Shown here one piece after another: positions 39,301 to 47,625 of a stretch of 60,403 bases of DNA. Position 1 is the stretch's first letter; each line of letters starts with the position of its first letter. The notes under the pieces were generated by a model that saw nothing but the letters and a program-made list of their open reading frames with translations, ran no database searches and was not told where the DNA came from. Position numbers and translations under genes: made by a program. Source of the stretch: a virus (Duplodnaviria > Caudoviricetes); the IMG/VR virus record IMGVR_UViG_3300021335_000018, positions 1 through 60,403 of that record. One strand, given 5' to 3'.

Positions 39301-41864
39301 TCAGCAGCAACTTCGTATCCTCCAGGATTGTTTACTGTTCCTCCTGTGTCTCTAGGTAAGGTTGGATCTGTCAAATAATGTCTACCAAAATATCCTTGCA
39401 AGTCACCTACCTGGTTAAAGAACGGCGACCCTGCTGATGTAAGAGTTAAGCCATCAAAGTATTGGTCTCTAAAGAAATACAGATCTGCCCATTTACTTTG
39501 AGATACACGTCTTTTAGGCCTAATAATAACTCTTCTAAATTCATCTCCTTTTACGGAAACATTATTAGAAAGTCTAATAGGGTAGTCTTCTTCATATATT
39601 CCTGACTCAACAAAAATAGTCACTTGTTTTGATCTGACAAAATTGCCATATTCTAAAGGCTCATTTTCTACAAAGTCTATTGGTTTAAGTAAGTTAGTTT
39701 GGAAAACGTCATTCCCGCCGTTTCCTGCATCATTGTTAGTTAAACTAACTATTTCTGCAGTTGCTCCAGATATCTTACCTCTAATAATTTTTCCTGGAAG
39801 GGTATCAGTATTATCTGGATTACCTTGATCAATATAGAGCAAACTTCCGTTATCTACAACAATTTGGTACGTGGAACCGTATACAATATCTTCACCAGCA
39901 TCGATACCATTTTGCATAATATTAGTAATCAAATTAAATTTATCTGTGACACCAGTAATTGCATTTGCCGCAGCATCACTTACTCCAATATATTGTTCCT
40001 CATCTGTTTGATAAATTGTTCCGATATTACCGCCTGTGGTATAGTTATCAAATGAACTATTATCAAAAGGAGTAGTTAGGTCTACGTCAGTATAAAGTTC
40101 AAATGTTTGGTCTGTTATTACTTTAACATATGCAGTTTGATCATTAATTTGTACCATTCCGCCTACATTTTTAAAAATAATCTGATTCTTATTACTTAGA
40201 CCGTGATTAGTACTAGTGGTCACAACAGGAATACTAGCTTTTGTGATGCTATTAATATTTTTTTGCTGATATAGATCGTTAGTTAAAATTGCTGTGACAA
40301 GATCCCTAGCAAAATTAATACTATCAACAGTTTCGGTTAGCTGTGTTGTAATAGCTAGTCTACCACTGGAATTAGAATAGTAACTTTCAGCTGCAATTCT
40401 GGAAAGGTAATTAGCGTTTTGTCCTCTATTGATATCAAATGCAATAGCATCTAGTATTAATCCAGTATCTCTTTCACAAGTTTCTACATTATAAGTGAAG
40501 TTAGGATATGTAAATGCAATATATCCGCTTACTTCTTTAATAATGTATTCTCTATTTTCTTCAATTAGTAAACGAGCCTGTTCAAAAACCGGTGTAAGAA
40601 CATCTGCTTCAACAACAGGTGCGTCTGCGGATTGACTATCTTTTGTTATTGTTTGAAAGTAAGGACCTGGCTCTAACCCAGAAGTTTTAATAATTTCTTC
40701 TGCTCTTGCAGCCGCAGCGTTAATTGATCTATATGCATATGTAAATGATGTACCCTCTTTGCCGTTTGGCACGCCGCCCATACTATCATCACCGGAGGTA
40801 CTAACAAATAAATTTGTAGGTGAACTATAAGATGTATTATCTACGTAATATTTTGTTGCAGCTTGAAAGTCTTCAATTCCGTTAGGTGCTCCTTCACCGG
40901 ATAAATCTCCGGGGTGATCATGTAAGTATAATGCACCTTCCATATCGTCGCCCTGTCTTCGAACAGCACTTTTTCTTGGTATTGCTACATCATCTAAAAA
41001 GTTACCAAATAGGTCGTCATCATAGGCGCTATCAGTAATCGAATGAGTGTCATCAACTGCTATAGTACCTGTAACATTAATCATAGTGGTTTCTGCTACT
41101 GCATTACTTTCTTCTTGTGCGTCAGCTTGTGATGTGTGTACAGAAAATAGGCTAGGAGATCTATATCTAATAAAATATTGCTCTCCTGTAGTTAGCCCAC
41201 TAGGATCGGTATCTTCTGCCCTAAATGTATATGGAGTTCCGTTGACACCGCTATCTAAGCCATGATCAACAATTTCTATAAATCCATTAATATATCTATC
41301 TATGGTTAAAGTATATTGGGTAACAGTTGCAGGCTCATCTGCAACACGTATAGGCAAACCAGTGGTAATGTATCTTCTATCTGCATATCCTTTAGTAATA
41401 ACAAGATCGTCTATAGTGTAGGTAGTTCCGTGTTCGTTATTAATATCTTCAGCAGCTTCTGTAGTTATTGCAACGCCGCCTACACCTTTAGCCGCAGCAT
41501 TCAATGGACCGCCTAAACTTGGTGATTGATCATCTGCTAATTGTGTAAACGCTGTACTAATAACAAGTTTACCGTCAATGTTATAGGTAAAAGTTATAGT
41601 ATCACTTAAATTTTCATCAACTGCTGAATTAGAAGCTAATTCAACTAAATTAACAAATGTACCTGCATCGTTAACTAACGGAATAGTATTTGGAACGAGT
41701 TCTGTCGGTGTATCACTAAGGTTAGTAAACCTAATTGTGCCACCTTGTCCAAATACTGCATAAAGTTCTGTAAAGTTTTCATTTACTTTACGAAAGGATT
41801 CGCGGATACTATCACCGGTGCCGTCATTACCTTCTACACCGATGTTTACTTCTTGTTTTGCCAT
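36219..41864 (-). CDS. Large tail/baseplate structural protein (N-terminal part)
   Basis: VNIGVEGNDGTGDSIRESFRKVNENF; repeated C.RDTGLI.DAI..DI; last ~30 aa look out of frame. Confidence 0.8.
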   Translation of the reverse strand: MAKQEVNIGVEGNDGTGDSIRESFRKVNENFTELYAVFGQGGTIRFTNLSDTPTELVPNTIPLVNDAGTFVNLVELASNSAVDENLSDTITFTYNIDGKLVISTAFTQLADDQSPSLGGPLNAAAKGVGGVAITTEAAEDINNEHGTTYTIDDLVITKGYADRRYITTGLPIRVADEPATVTQYTLTIDRYINGFIEIVDHGLDSGVNGTPYTFRAEDTDPSGLTTGEQYFIRYRSPSLFSVHTSQADAQEESNAVAETTMINVTGTIAVDDTHSITDSAYDDDLFGNFLDDVAIPRKSAVRRQGDDMEGALYLHDHPGDLSGEGAPNGIEDFQAATKYYVDNTSYSSPTNLFVSTSGDDSMGGVPNGKEGTSFTYAYRSINAAAARAEEIIKTSGLEPGPYFQTITKDSQSADAPVVEADVLTPVFEQARLLIEENREYIIKEVSGYIAFTYPNFTYNVETCERDTGLILDAIAFDINRGQNANYLSRIAAESYYSNSSGRLAITTQLTETVDSINFARDLVTAILTNDLYQQKNINSITKASIPVVTTSTNHGLSNKNQIIFKNVGGMVQINDQTAYVKVITDQTFELYTDVDLTTPFDNSSFDNYTTGGNIGTIYQTDEEQYIGVSDAAANAITGVTDKFNLITNIMQNGIDAGEDIVYGSTYQIVVDNGSLLYIDQGNPDNTDTLPGKIIRGKISGATAEIVSLTNNDAGNGGNDVFQTNLLKPIDFVENEPLEYGNFVRSKQVTIFVESGIYEEDYPIRLSNNVSVKGDEFRRVIIRPKRRVSQSKWADLYFFRDQYFDGLTLTSAGSPFFNQVGDLQGYFGRHYLTDPTLPRDTGGTVNNPGGYEVAADILDRNKEFIQEEVIYYINNTLSPAFVYNEAKCRRDTGLIIDAIVNDITKGNQEATLEAQGEYYSNYISQFNNNGFAGQEATTEAAIQYISTLAASLLIGVAPVQNNATEEPDVSLGVAHSAWAADVNYEKNVIVLSGGNYYRSVLPHKSISVADLNNSQLWTAVDSPTIVVGNLVDLVTYAFDADYNPPKRNDEMDVFLMSDATICRNVTVQGHGGFMCVLDPEGQVLTKSPYIQTASSFSKSINAKAFRGGMYVDAYVGNLPITIDTKINAFQLEVSSSAGQGLFIRPPELPCPFYVDGRRYQVNAISDYDSGLGTATIYLDADSNGGDGYDETQFDTDPGVVQRDVFLQTAGNRSMLANDFTQINDLGYGLITNNGAFSEQVSTFTYYCQAAFYANNGSEIRSLNGSNGYGRFGLVAEGADPNEVPDQVILKNPQMQPIKAFTDSVYTNAFDEPSITVTDCKVAPTSNSLITIDHGGVTGVLNYVISGVTNLSDQDGDGILGTGADPVVSGVDTVFNISGADASRTPGTYEDVQQSGTTGSGSGARFTIIIDGGGAAVVTKTRSGEGYVPNETLTIAASSIGGTGSNLTFSVQNTFGGTMTNVFNNKIYKLDLKADDVLADDFFGTLQATVTNETLIEFRHNQNMIFDNVNEAEQLVTRPSTAINFDESDEITYRSISFQPTDDVQVDLASDEILTTFEANFEFVELQVDTTRLTGGYGSAQGDTRIAFQKGEITADTLTRLTRDVAGRQPGDAGYSNGMQFTWQGKTHEVTSVVDNTTWIEVNFADVASTNISGYGGSGLSTAINTDSRSFFFGLMPSSTAEITIAISLLRATGHDFTQIGTGSFNDSNYPNVLLGDPENSLAEFYTDSATATTGQVWERRKGRVFWVSTDQFGFFRVGKFFNVDQATGDITFAGEIGLSNANSLGFKKGVTINEFSADDSFADDSGQAVPTEKAIGSYLSRRLGYNIAGAQVQPSPSGNRIGPGFLPLNGQVRWKVLLIWVVSKLKTWQLLLTYQMQLIKHM

Positions 41865-41936
41865 TTAAGAACTCCAAATGATATGTTTAGCTATTGTATT
41901 TATTATTTGTTTTTATAATCTTAATGTAAATACTGT

Positions 41937-42224
41937 ATGTTCATAAGAGAATACACATTAAAAAAGAGGCACGAAAGACTAAGCAAGCATGGCAAATTGC
42001 ATGCCTATTACCGAGATCTAACTATAGTGCAATTTAGGTGTGATAATTGTAGTGCAGAGTTTGAAAGAGCAAGAGGGAGTATGGATCCTAAACGTATATC
42101 AAATAACTATTTTCATGTTTGTGCAAACTGCGATAGTAAAAAATTTGCACAAAAAAAGGGGGTAGAAAGGAAGCAGGTTTGGAACATGTCTGCAAGTTCT
42201 AATATTCCAATAAGTAAGCTCTAA
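41937..42224 (+). CDS. Small Zn-finger protein
   Basis: CDNC...CANC; TAAATA at 41927-41932, 4 nt before ATG. Confidence 0.7.
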   Translation: MFIREYTLKKRHERLSKHGKLHAYYRDLTIVQFRCDNCSAEFERARGSMDPKRISNNYFHVCANCDSKKFAQKKGVERKQVWNMSASSNIPISKL

Positions 42225-42571
42225 GCAAAGACACTGTCGTCAAAGTTGACACTTACGCCGCAACCACAACTAGAGTGTGCGTTAGGATTTTGGATATCAA
42301 ACATTGCACCCATAATGTCCTTTTTGTAATCAATAATTGATCCCATTAGGAACATAATACTATGAACTCCTATAACAAAACTTGCGCCATTTTTTGTTTT
42401 ATAAACTTCATCATTCTCTGCGAGATCAGTTGGGGAAGAGACTAATTGCCAATCATATTCAAAACCAGCGCATCCTCCACCTTTGATGTTTAAGCTAACA
42501 CCATATACTTCATTTTCGTTAGCAAGTTTTTCAACTTGTTCTTCAGCAGCTTGTGTAAGTTGTACAATCAT
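42221..42571 (-). CDS. HesB/IscA/SufA-family Fe-S cluster carrier
   Basis: GGGCAGFEY, NPNAHSSCGCGVS; true start MIVQLTQAA at 42571. Confidence 0.9.
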   Translation of the reverse strand: MIVQLTQAAEEQVEKLANENEVYGVSLNIKGGGCAGFEYDWQLVSSPTDLAENDEVYKTKNGASFVIGVHSIMFLMGSIIDYKKDIMGAMFDIQNPNAHSSCGCGVSVNFDDSVFA

Positions 42572-42732
42572 TCTGTCTTCCAAATAGTCCAAGCACCATA
42601 AGCAATAGCACCGTATGCTGCTAATTTTGCAAAAGGTCCTGCAATAAGAACAACTAAACCTAGCGCAATTAGAACTGCGCCGTCCCATGAAGTGCGTTCT
42701 TCCATCCTATTGTTAATCCATTTCTTAAGCAT
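42568..42732 (-). CDS. Small membrane protein (54 aa)
   Basis: Manual translation MLKKWINNRMEERTSWDGAVLIALG...AWTIWKTE; RBS AGGAG; ATGA overlap. Confidence 0.7.
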   Translation of the reverse strand: MLKKWINNRMEERTSWDGAVLIALGLVVLIAGPFAKLAAYGAIAYGAWTIWKTE

Positions 42733-42979
42733 CTGTGATTCTCCTTAGTTTTTTTTCTAGTGTACTTATACGTACATCTTGATTTCGAATCTTTTCTTCT
42801 AAGCCTTCTACATACTTGTGCGAGGGTATAGTATGCTGAACTCCGTCTTCTCCAAGCACAGTCATTGTATCGACACCTTGACCTCTCAAACCTCCTAACA
42901 CTCTATTAGGATTTTTATCAGATGATGATTGGGTCTGGTCCTGTTTGTTTCTGCCGTACATTTTGTTCAAATAGGTCAT
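42725..42979 (-). CDS. Hypothetical protein
   Basis: Start MTYLNKMYG after TATAAATA (42997-43004) and AAGGA. Confidence 0.65.
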   Translation of the reverse strand: MTYLNKMYGRNKQDQTQSSSDKNPNRVLGGLRGQGVDTMTVLGEDGVQHTIPSHKYVEGLEEKIRNQDVRISTLEKKLRRITDA

Positions 42980-44045
42980 TTTTATATCCTTTGTAGTATT
43001 TATACAGTTCAATGCTTGCTAAATTTTTTGCTTTGCTTTCAACCATAATGTCTGCTATAGGTAAAAACTCTAATGCCCAGTCATTAACTGCATGATTCCA
43101 CATAAAATCACTATGAGCTCTCAGTTTTGCCTTTTTGTAGCCCATTGCGAGGAGTTCGCCCATGGCTGGTCGTGTGCTTGCGTCATGCTCGTCCAGTAAT
43201 TCTTCTTTAGATACAGAATAGTGTATGACAGGACGCACACCACGCCAACTATCAATAACACGTTGAAAACGGTCGTCATCAGGTTCAATATATTCTCCTT
43301 CCCTACACCAATGATGGTGTATATCTAGCACCAAAGCGAGATCGTCTGCAAGCTCAAGACTGTGTTCGAGTCCCCATTTGTTTTCGTCGTTCTCGATTGT
43401 AATACAGTTTCTTGCCTCCGGCGAGAGGCGTTTAAGTGCGTCTTTGATACCGGCTGGACCTTTGCGGCCTGAGATGTGTACATTGCACTTGAAATCTTGG
43501 AATTGTTTGCCGTATCCCATCCAGCGTATGACATCGGTGTGATATTCAAATTCTTCTATGCTCCTATCTACTATTTCTTCGTTGTCTGATGCAAGGACTG
43601 TGAACTGTCCTGGGTGCATGGATAATCTGACATCAAGGGCTCTTGCCGTTTCGCCAACTGGCGCAAACTCTTTTTCACAATATGCAACAACATCAGGCTT
43701 GCGCCAAAAATAACACCAAGTAGGCTCGGTATAAACAGGAAGTACATCGCTACCCAGTCTGACCATTCTAAGTTCAGTGGGAAGATTTCCAACATATTCT
43801 ATCAACCTTTTATAGGACGCAATGTTATGGACCATAATATCCCATAAGCGTTCTTCAGCAACATCACGTGTCTGCCTATTCAACCACTGTACTGTTGTGC
43901 TACGAGTATTTAGCGGACGTTGAATCTCTTCTAGCAGTTTCTTTTTCTGTGTTTGATCCGGATGCATATACTTGCAAGCAAAGCCTATGCGTTGTTGTTG
44001 TGCTGACAAGTAATCGCCTGCTGTTGTAAATTTCAAGTCATTCAT
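42918..44045 (-). CDS. uvsE: UV-damage endonuclease (UvsE/UVDE)
   Basis: RIGFAC, RLSMHPGQF, TIENDE, LDIHHH, HYS, AHSD, IMVESKAK. Confidence 0.92.
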   Translation of the reverse strand: MNDLKFTTAGDYLSAQQQRIGFACKYMHPDQTQKKKLLEEIQRPLNTRSTTVQWLNRQTRDVAEERLWDIMVHNIASYKRLIEYVGNLPTELRMVRLGSDVLPVYTEPTWCYFWRKPDVVAYCEKEFAPVGETARALDVRLSMHPGQFTVLASDNEEIVDRSIEEFEYHTDVIRWMGYGKQFQDFKCNVHISGRKGPAGIKDALKRLSPEARNCITIENDENKWGLEHSLELADDLALVLDIHHHWCREGEYIEPDDDRFQRVIDSWRGVRPVIHYSVSKEELLDEHDASTRPAMGELLAMGYKKAKLRAHSDFMWNHAVNDWALEFLPIADIMVESKAKNLASIELYKYYKGYKNDLFEQNVRQKQTGPDPIII

Positions 44046-44166
44046 TTATAATTACCATTTCTATCATAATATTTGCTATTATGTCTTGCATACTCTATAC
44101 ATATAATACTGCCATATCCTTTAGATGTCAAGTGTTTATACCACCATATAAAATCTTTTATCCTTT

Positions 44167-45021
44167 TCAATCCCAATTTTCCTTCACCCAAGGATCATCA
44201 CAATTATGTGGATTAGGATCTCCGTGAAACACACAAATACAACATTCTACATTAGGTGTAACATTTTCTATTGTTTTTAGCTTTCTGCCGCCTTTCAAAC
44301 CCGGAGCAAGATGCCTGTCTTTACGTATTTCCCATTTCCAACTTTGAATCCAGCTATCAGGCCATAGTATTGCAGAGTTATCTCTTTCATACAACCAGTC
44401 TTGGTCTCCGTGCATACGTTTCATAATATTTCTAAAATCATCTTTGAAGTCTGTCCATACATGATCTAATTGTCCTGTTTGGAAGCGGACAACAGAACTA
44501 TTGTACTTTGCCCATTTGGGACGCATTGCCCTTGTAAAATCTCTAATGACACACCATTTACCTGGATGATAAGTAAAAAGTTTATCGATATTACCAGAAA
44601 GAACAACATCTAGGTCCATATACAATATTGTGCCCTGAATAGGTAAATCTTTACTGTACATGTAAGGCTTTACCCACCATCCGCCTAAGTCTTTAGGCAG
44701 AGAATATGTAACAACTTCTGGGTCAATTCCTCTAGGATCATCAGTTAAACAAACCATTTGGTAGTCAAGTGTGATATTACGCTTAACCATTCTGTGTAAT
44801 ATATTCACATATTCTGAACTGTATTTTTTACCATGTTTTATACATAATACATAACGCTTCTCATTAGAGGTATCCTCTATACTATAAGCTTCTGCTATTT
44901 TTTTAGTATTGCGAGCATTTACCTTAGCAGGTTTGCGACTAGACTGTTTAGCTTGCCGTCTTGCCTCTTTTATTTTTTTCCATTCAGTTTTAGAGTACTT
45001 ACTTTTATCAATCTTAGCCAT
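44167..45021 (-). CDS. GT-A fold glycosyltransferase-like protein
   Basis: YMDLDVV (DxD), YNSSV, HGDQDW, VFHGDPNP. Confidence 0.75.
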   Translation of the reverse strand: MAKIDKSKYSKTEWKKIKEARRQAKQSSRKPAKVNARNTKKIAEAYSIEDTSNEKRYVLCIKHGKKYSSEYVNILHRMVKRNITLDYQMVCLTDDPRGIDPEVVTYSLPKDLGGWWVKPYMYSKDLPIQGTILYMDLDVVLSGNIDKLFTYHPGKWCVIRDFTRAMRPKWAKYNSSVVRFQTGQLDHVWTDFKDDFRNIMKRMHGDQDWLYERDNSAILWPDSWIQSWKWEIRKDRHLAPGLKGGRKLKTIENVTPNVECCICVFHGDPNPHNCDDPWVKENWD

Positions 45022-45493
45022 CTACAAACGTTGTCTTCTGTACTTGAAAGGGTGTATAGATTGCACTGTTAGCACCATGCTCTGCACATTCAACTGACTC
45101 GCACCAGCAACGTCCATCAGTCATTTCTTTAACGAGGTTGTCTGCAAACCGCCATGCATGTTCTGCAAACTTCTCTGCACCTACACCATCAAACTCTCTT
45201 ACTTCGCACAAATCTTTGTCCTGTAGTTCATAAAAGTCTTGTTTATGCGGATCGTTTACGTCTACACAAGTCTTATGATCAAATGAATCTTCTAACCAAG
45301 CCTTCAAAGGTTTAAGTCCTCCAAAGTCAACTGCCCAGTTTTTATTGTCTAAATCTGAACAACCAAAAGTAAATTTAAATTGCAAACTGTATCCGTGAAG
45401 CAGATGACAATGTGAGTGATCTGCATTTGGTTGACGGAACACCGCTGATAAACCAATGTTGTGTCCGTATGTTTTTGTTGAATAATAAGCCAT
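45014..45493 (-). CDS. queD: 6-carboxytetrahydropterin synthase (QueD/PTPS family)
   Basis: SHCHLLHGY, VDFGGLK, FDH, GAEKFA. Confidence 0.85.
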   Translation of the reverse strand: MAYYSTKTYGHNIGLSAVFRQPNADHSHCHLLHGYSLQFKFTFGCSDLDNKNWAVDFGGLKPLKAWLEDSFDHKTCVDVNDPHKQDFYELQDKDLCEVREFDGVGAEKFAEHAWRFADNLVKEMTDGRCWCESVECAEHGANSAIYTPFQVQKTTFVDG

Positions 45494-45552
45494 TGTTTTC
45501 TCCTATAAAAATAATGGCGGCAGAATTAGAAGGGTTGACGCCAAGTCCTGTA
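45494..45552 (-). promoter_or_regulatory. Candidate SD-sequestering pseudoknot in the queD leader
   Basis: UGGCG/CGCCA stem whose loop holds CUUCUA, complementary to the downstream UAGGAG. Confidence 0.45.
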
Positions 45553-45559
45553 AATAATA

Positions 45560-46156
45560 TTAATTATTATATGATATATTACTTATGTTGTCAACCATAA
45601 CATTGGCAAATTTCCAGACTTTTGGTAATTGCCAATTCGGTTCTTGATAGATAGTAAACTTAATGTTTGGAAAACATTCAAAAACCATACCTATCTGATG
45701 TATCCAGTATCTAGGATCTACAGCTCGTTTATCTGCATCATCATAATTTGGTGTGCTTTTGTATACATTGTTAACTTGCTTTGTTTTACTGTGCAAGTCA
45801 AACCCAATTAGCTTAACTTCCTTTAGCTTAGTGTACATTGCTGCTATGAGAACAGCATACGGTCCGCTACCCCACTGAAACGGTTCGTCCCATCTCTGAT
45901 CTCCGTTGTATGGAAGGGGAGGCACTTTACGTACCCTAGGAGTTTTGAAGGTCGGATACCAATCAGGTCTTGTATAAATTAAGGTGTTATTAAGATTAAC
46001 TTTGGCATGTAGTGCTTCTTGCACCATACGCCTATCAACACAAACAAGGTAGTCTGTATAATAATCTCTATGTATAGCATTGCACCCAACTTTAGGTCCA
46101 TCGAGTAGGTCAACATTAATTTGTTTCCTGCTCTCTCCGTTGCCAATCGCCCACAT
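45560..46156 (-). CDS. MptE/DUF115-like (sugar-transferase-associated) protein
   Basis: AIGNGESR, GCNAI, LVCVD, SGP.A, LIGFD. Confidence 0.55.
   Translation of the reverse strand: MWAIGNGESRKQINVDLLDGPKVGCNAIHRDYYTDYLVCVDRRMVQEALHAKVNLNNTLIYTRPDWYPTFKTPRVRKVPPLPYNGDQRWDEPFQWGSGPYAVLIAAMYTKLKEVKLIGFDLHSKTKQVNNVYKSTPNYDDADKRAVDPRYWIHQIGMVFECFPNIKFTIYQEPNWQLPKVWKFANVMVDNISNISYNN
45566..45594 (-). promoter_or_regulatory. Sigma70-type promoter for queD
   Basis: TTGACA-17-TATAAT. Confidence 0.85.
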
Positions 46157-46427
46157 CTTTCTTTATCTCTTTTAGTTCATCTTTAAGTGTATCAAAGTTC
46201 TCTTCTGTTCGTTTGGCACATTGTACCATATACACTATTTTACTTATCGCCCACCACCACCAGAATACACTGGTTGCGACAAAAATGACTACAATACTTA
46301 CTGATGTGATATTAACTAATGATTCAAAGCCTAATAATATTTCGCCTAAGATGATGGCTAGTGCGACAAATGGTGCTGTCCACGCCGCATATCTCCACCA
46401 ACGTGCCTGTTGTTCTGTTTTGTTCAT
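46116..46427 (-). CDS. Two-TM membrane protein
   Basis: Start MNKTEQ after GAGGGAG; hydrophobic helices, WWWW. Confidence 0.65.
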   Translation of the reverse strand: MNKTEQQARWWRYAAWTAPFVALAIILGEILLGFESLVNITSVSIVVIFVATSVFWWWWAISKIVYMVQCAKRTEENFDTLKDELKEIKKDVGDWQRREQETN

Positions 46428-46500
46428 TGATTCTCCCTCTCTGAAAAAGTTCTTCAGCAATAATATTTATTGGGGATTTTTCTAATATTAAGTGTCAGTA

Positions 46501-47595
46501 TTATGAACTAATAGCACCGAAGGTCTTCCATTCGCCCGGAGTACCTTCCCTAATACATATCCAGCCTACATGTCCTGTTGGAACAGGATTAGAGTTCCAA
46601 ATAATGTCACCCTTGGCATATACACCTGAAGTAGGAATACCTTCGCCTACTTCAAACTTTTTGTTTTGGAATCTTACTGGCCCGGCTGTTGTGATATCTG
46701 CATCGGTTGCAAAGTTTTTAACATTTACTCCGAACGAACCTTTTACCACTACACGATCATTTAATGTAATTGTGCCAGTTGAACTTACGTGTATTCTTTG
46801 TGTATCGTCGGTGACAATATCTAAGCTACCTGTAGTCCAAGTTCCTAATTTAAAAGATGTGTCATCTGTAGCATCAATAATAAATTCGTGATCCCAACTA
46901 CCTACACTTAGTGCACCATTAGGCGATTCGATTCCAATACCTAATCTTTGAGAATTTGCGTCCCAGAACAGGTACTGATCAATGACTACCGGACCGTCGA
47001 CTGCAAGACCTACTAGTGTACCTAGTGATCTTAGATTACTTTTTTGTACGCTTGCACCTAATTGTGTTTCAGATAATACAAGATTGTTGCCTATACGGTA
47101 TTCTTTTTCTCTATGAATATCGATTGATTCTGAACTGAATAATCTATCATTTTTTAGTACAAATTGTTTTGTATATTCGTTACTCGTCCAAATCAGACCT
47201 TTACCGTTAGGACTACTACCGTTTTCGCCTTTAAATTCTAGTGGACTTGTACGTTCATTACGAATGTCGGCACTAATCTCATCAACATGGAGTTTAGTTG
47301 CATGGACTTCACCTTCTACAGTCAAAGTACCTTTTACTACCAGTGGATTGTTAATTTGTGGTGTAGCTATAGAAGGAACACTAATTTTGTCATTTTCAAT
47401 TATTAAAACTTGTTGTCCTGTATATGTGGCATTATCTTTAATACCTACACTGGAAAAATTCGTAATCATTCCGCCATTAACTTTATCTCCGCTCAGTGAG
47501 CGATCATTAATGACAGGTTTTTCTGCCGGACGATTTAGCTTCTGTTCTAAGGTAGTTGCTAACTGATCTAGTGTTTCTCTAATAGTATTTGACAT
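46501..47595 (-). CDS. Probable virion/tail-associated beta-rich protein
   Basis: SNLRSLGTL..LAVDG, RLGIG..SP, GDIIWNSNP...GWIC...GTPGEW; TAAATA box at 47620-47625. Confidence 0.65.
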   Translation of the reverse strand: MSNTIRETLDQLATTLEQKLNRPAEKPVINDRSLSGDKVNGGMITNFSSVGIKDNATYTGQQVLIIENDKISVPSIATPQINNPLVVKGTLTVEGEVHATKLHVDEISADIRNERTSPLEFKGENGSSPNGKGLIWTSNEYTKQFVLKNDRLFSSESIDIHREKEYRIGNNLVLSETQLGASVQKSNLRSLGTLVGLAVDGPVVIDQYLFWDANSQRLGIGIESPNGALSVGSWDHEFIIDATDDTSFKLGTWTTGSLDIVTDDTQRIHVSSTGTITLNDRVVVKGSFGVNVKNFATDADITTAGPVRFQNKKFEVGEGIPTSGVYAKGDIIWNSNPVPTGHVGWICIREGTPGEWKTFGAISS

Positions 47596-47625
47596 TAAGT
47601 TTTCCTGCTCTATACATTGTATTTA

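Noticed and set aside
42572-42688. N-terminal Cys-rich extension of the IscA-like ORF
   Set aside because: This stretch is better explained by a separate 54-aa membrane gene in another frame (42568-42732).
42918-42979. 62-nt overlap of uvsE with the next gene as a frameshift signal
   Set aside because: All UvsE motifs are complete upstream and the next gene has its own promoter box and RBS; likely a simple tail extension.
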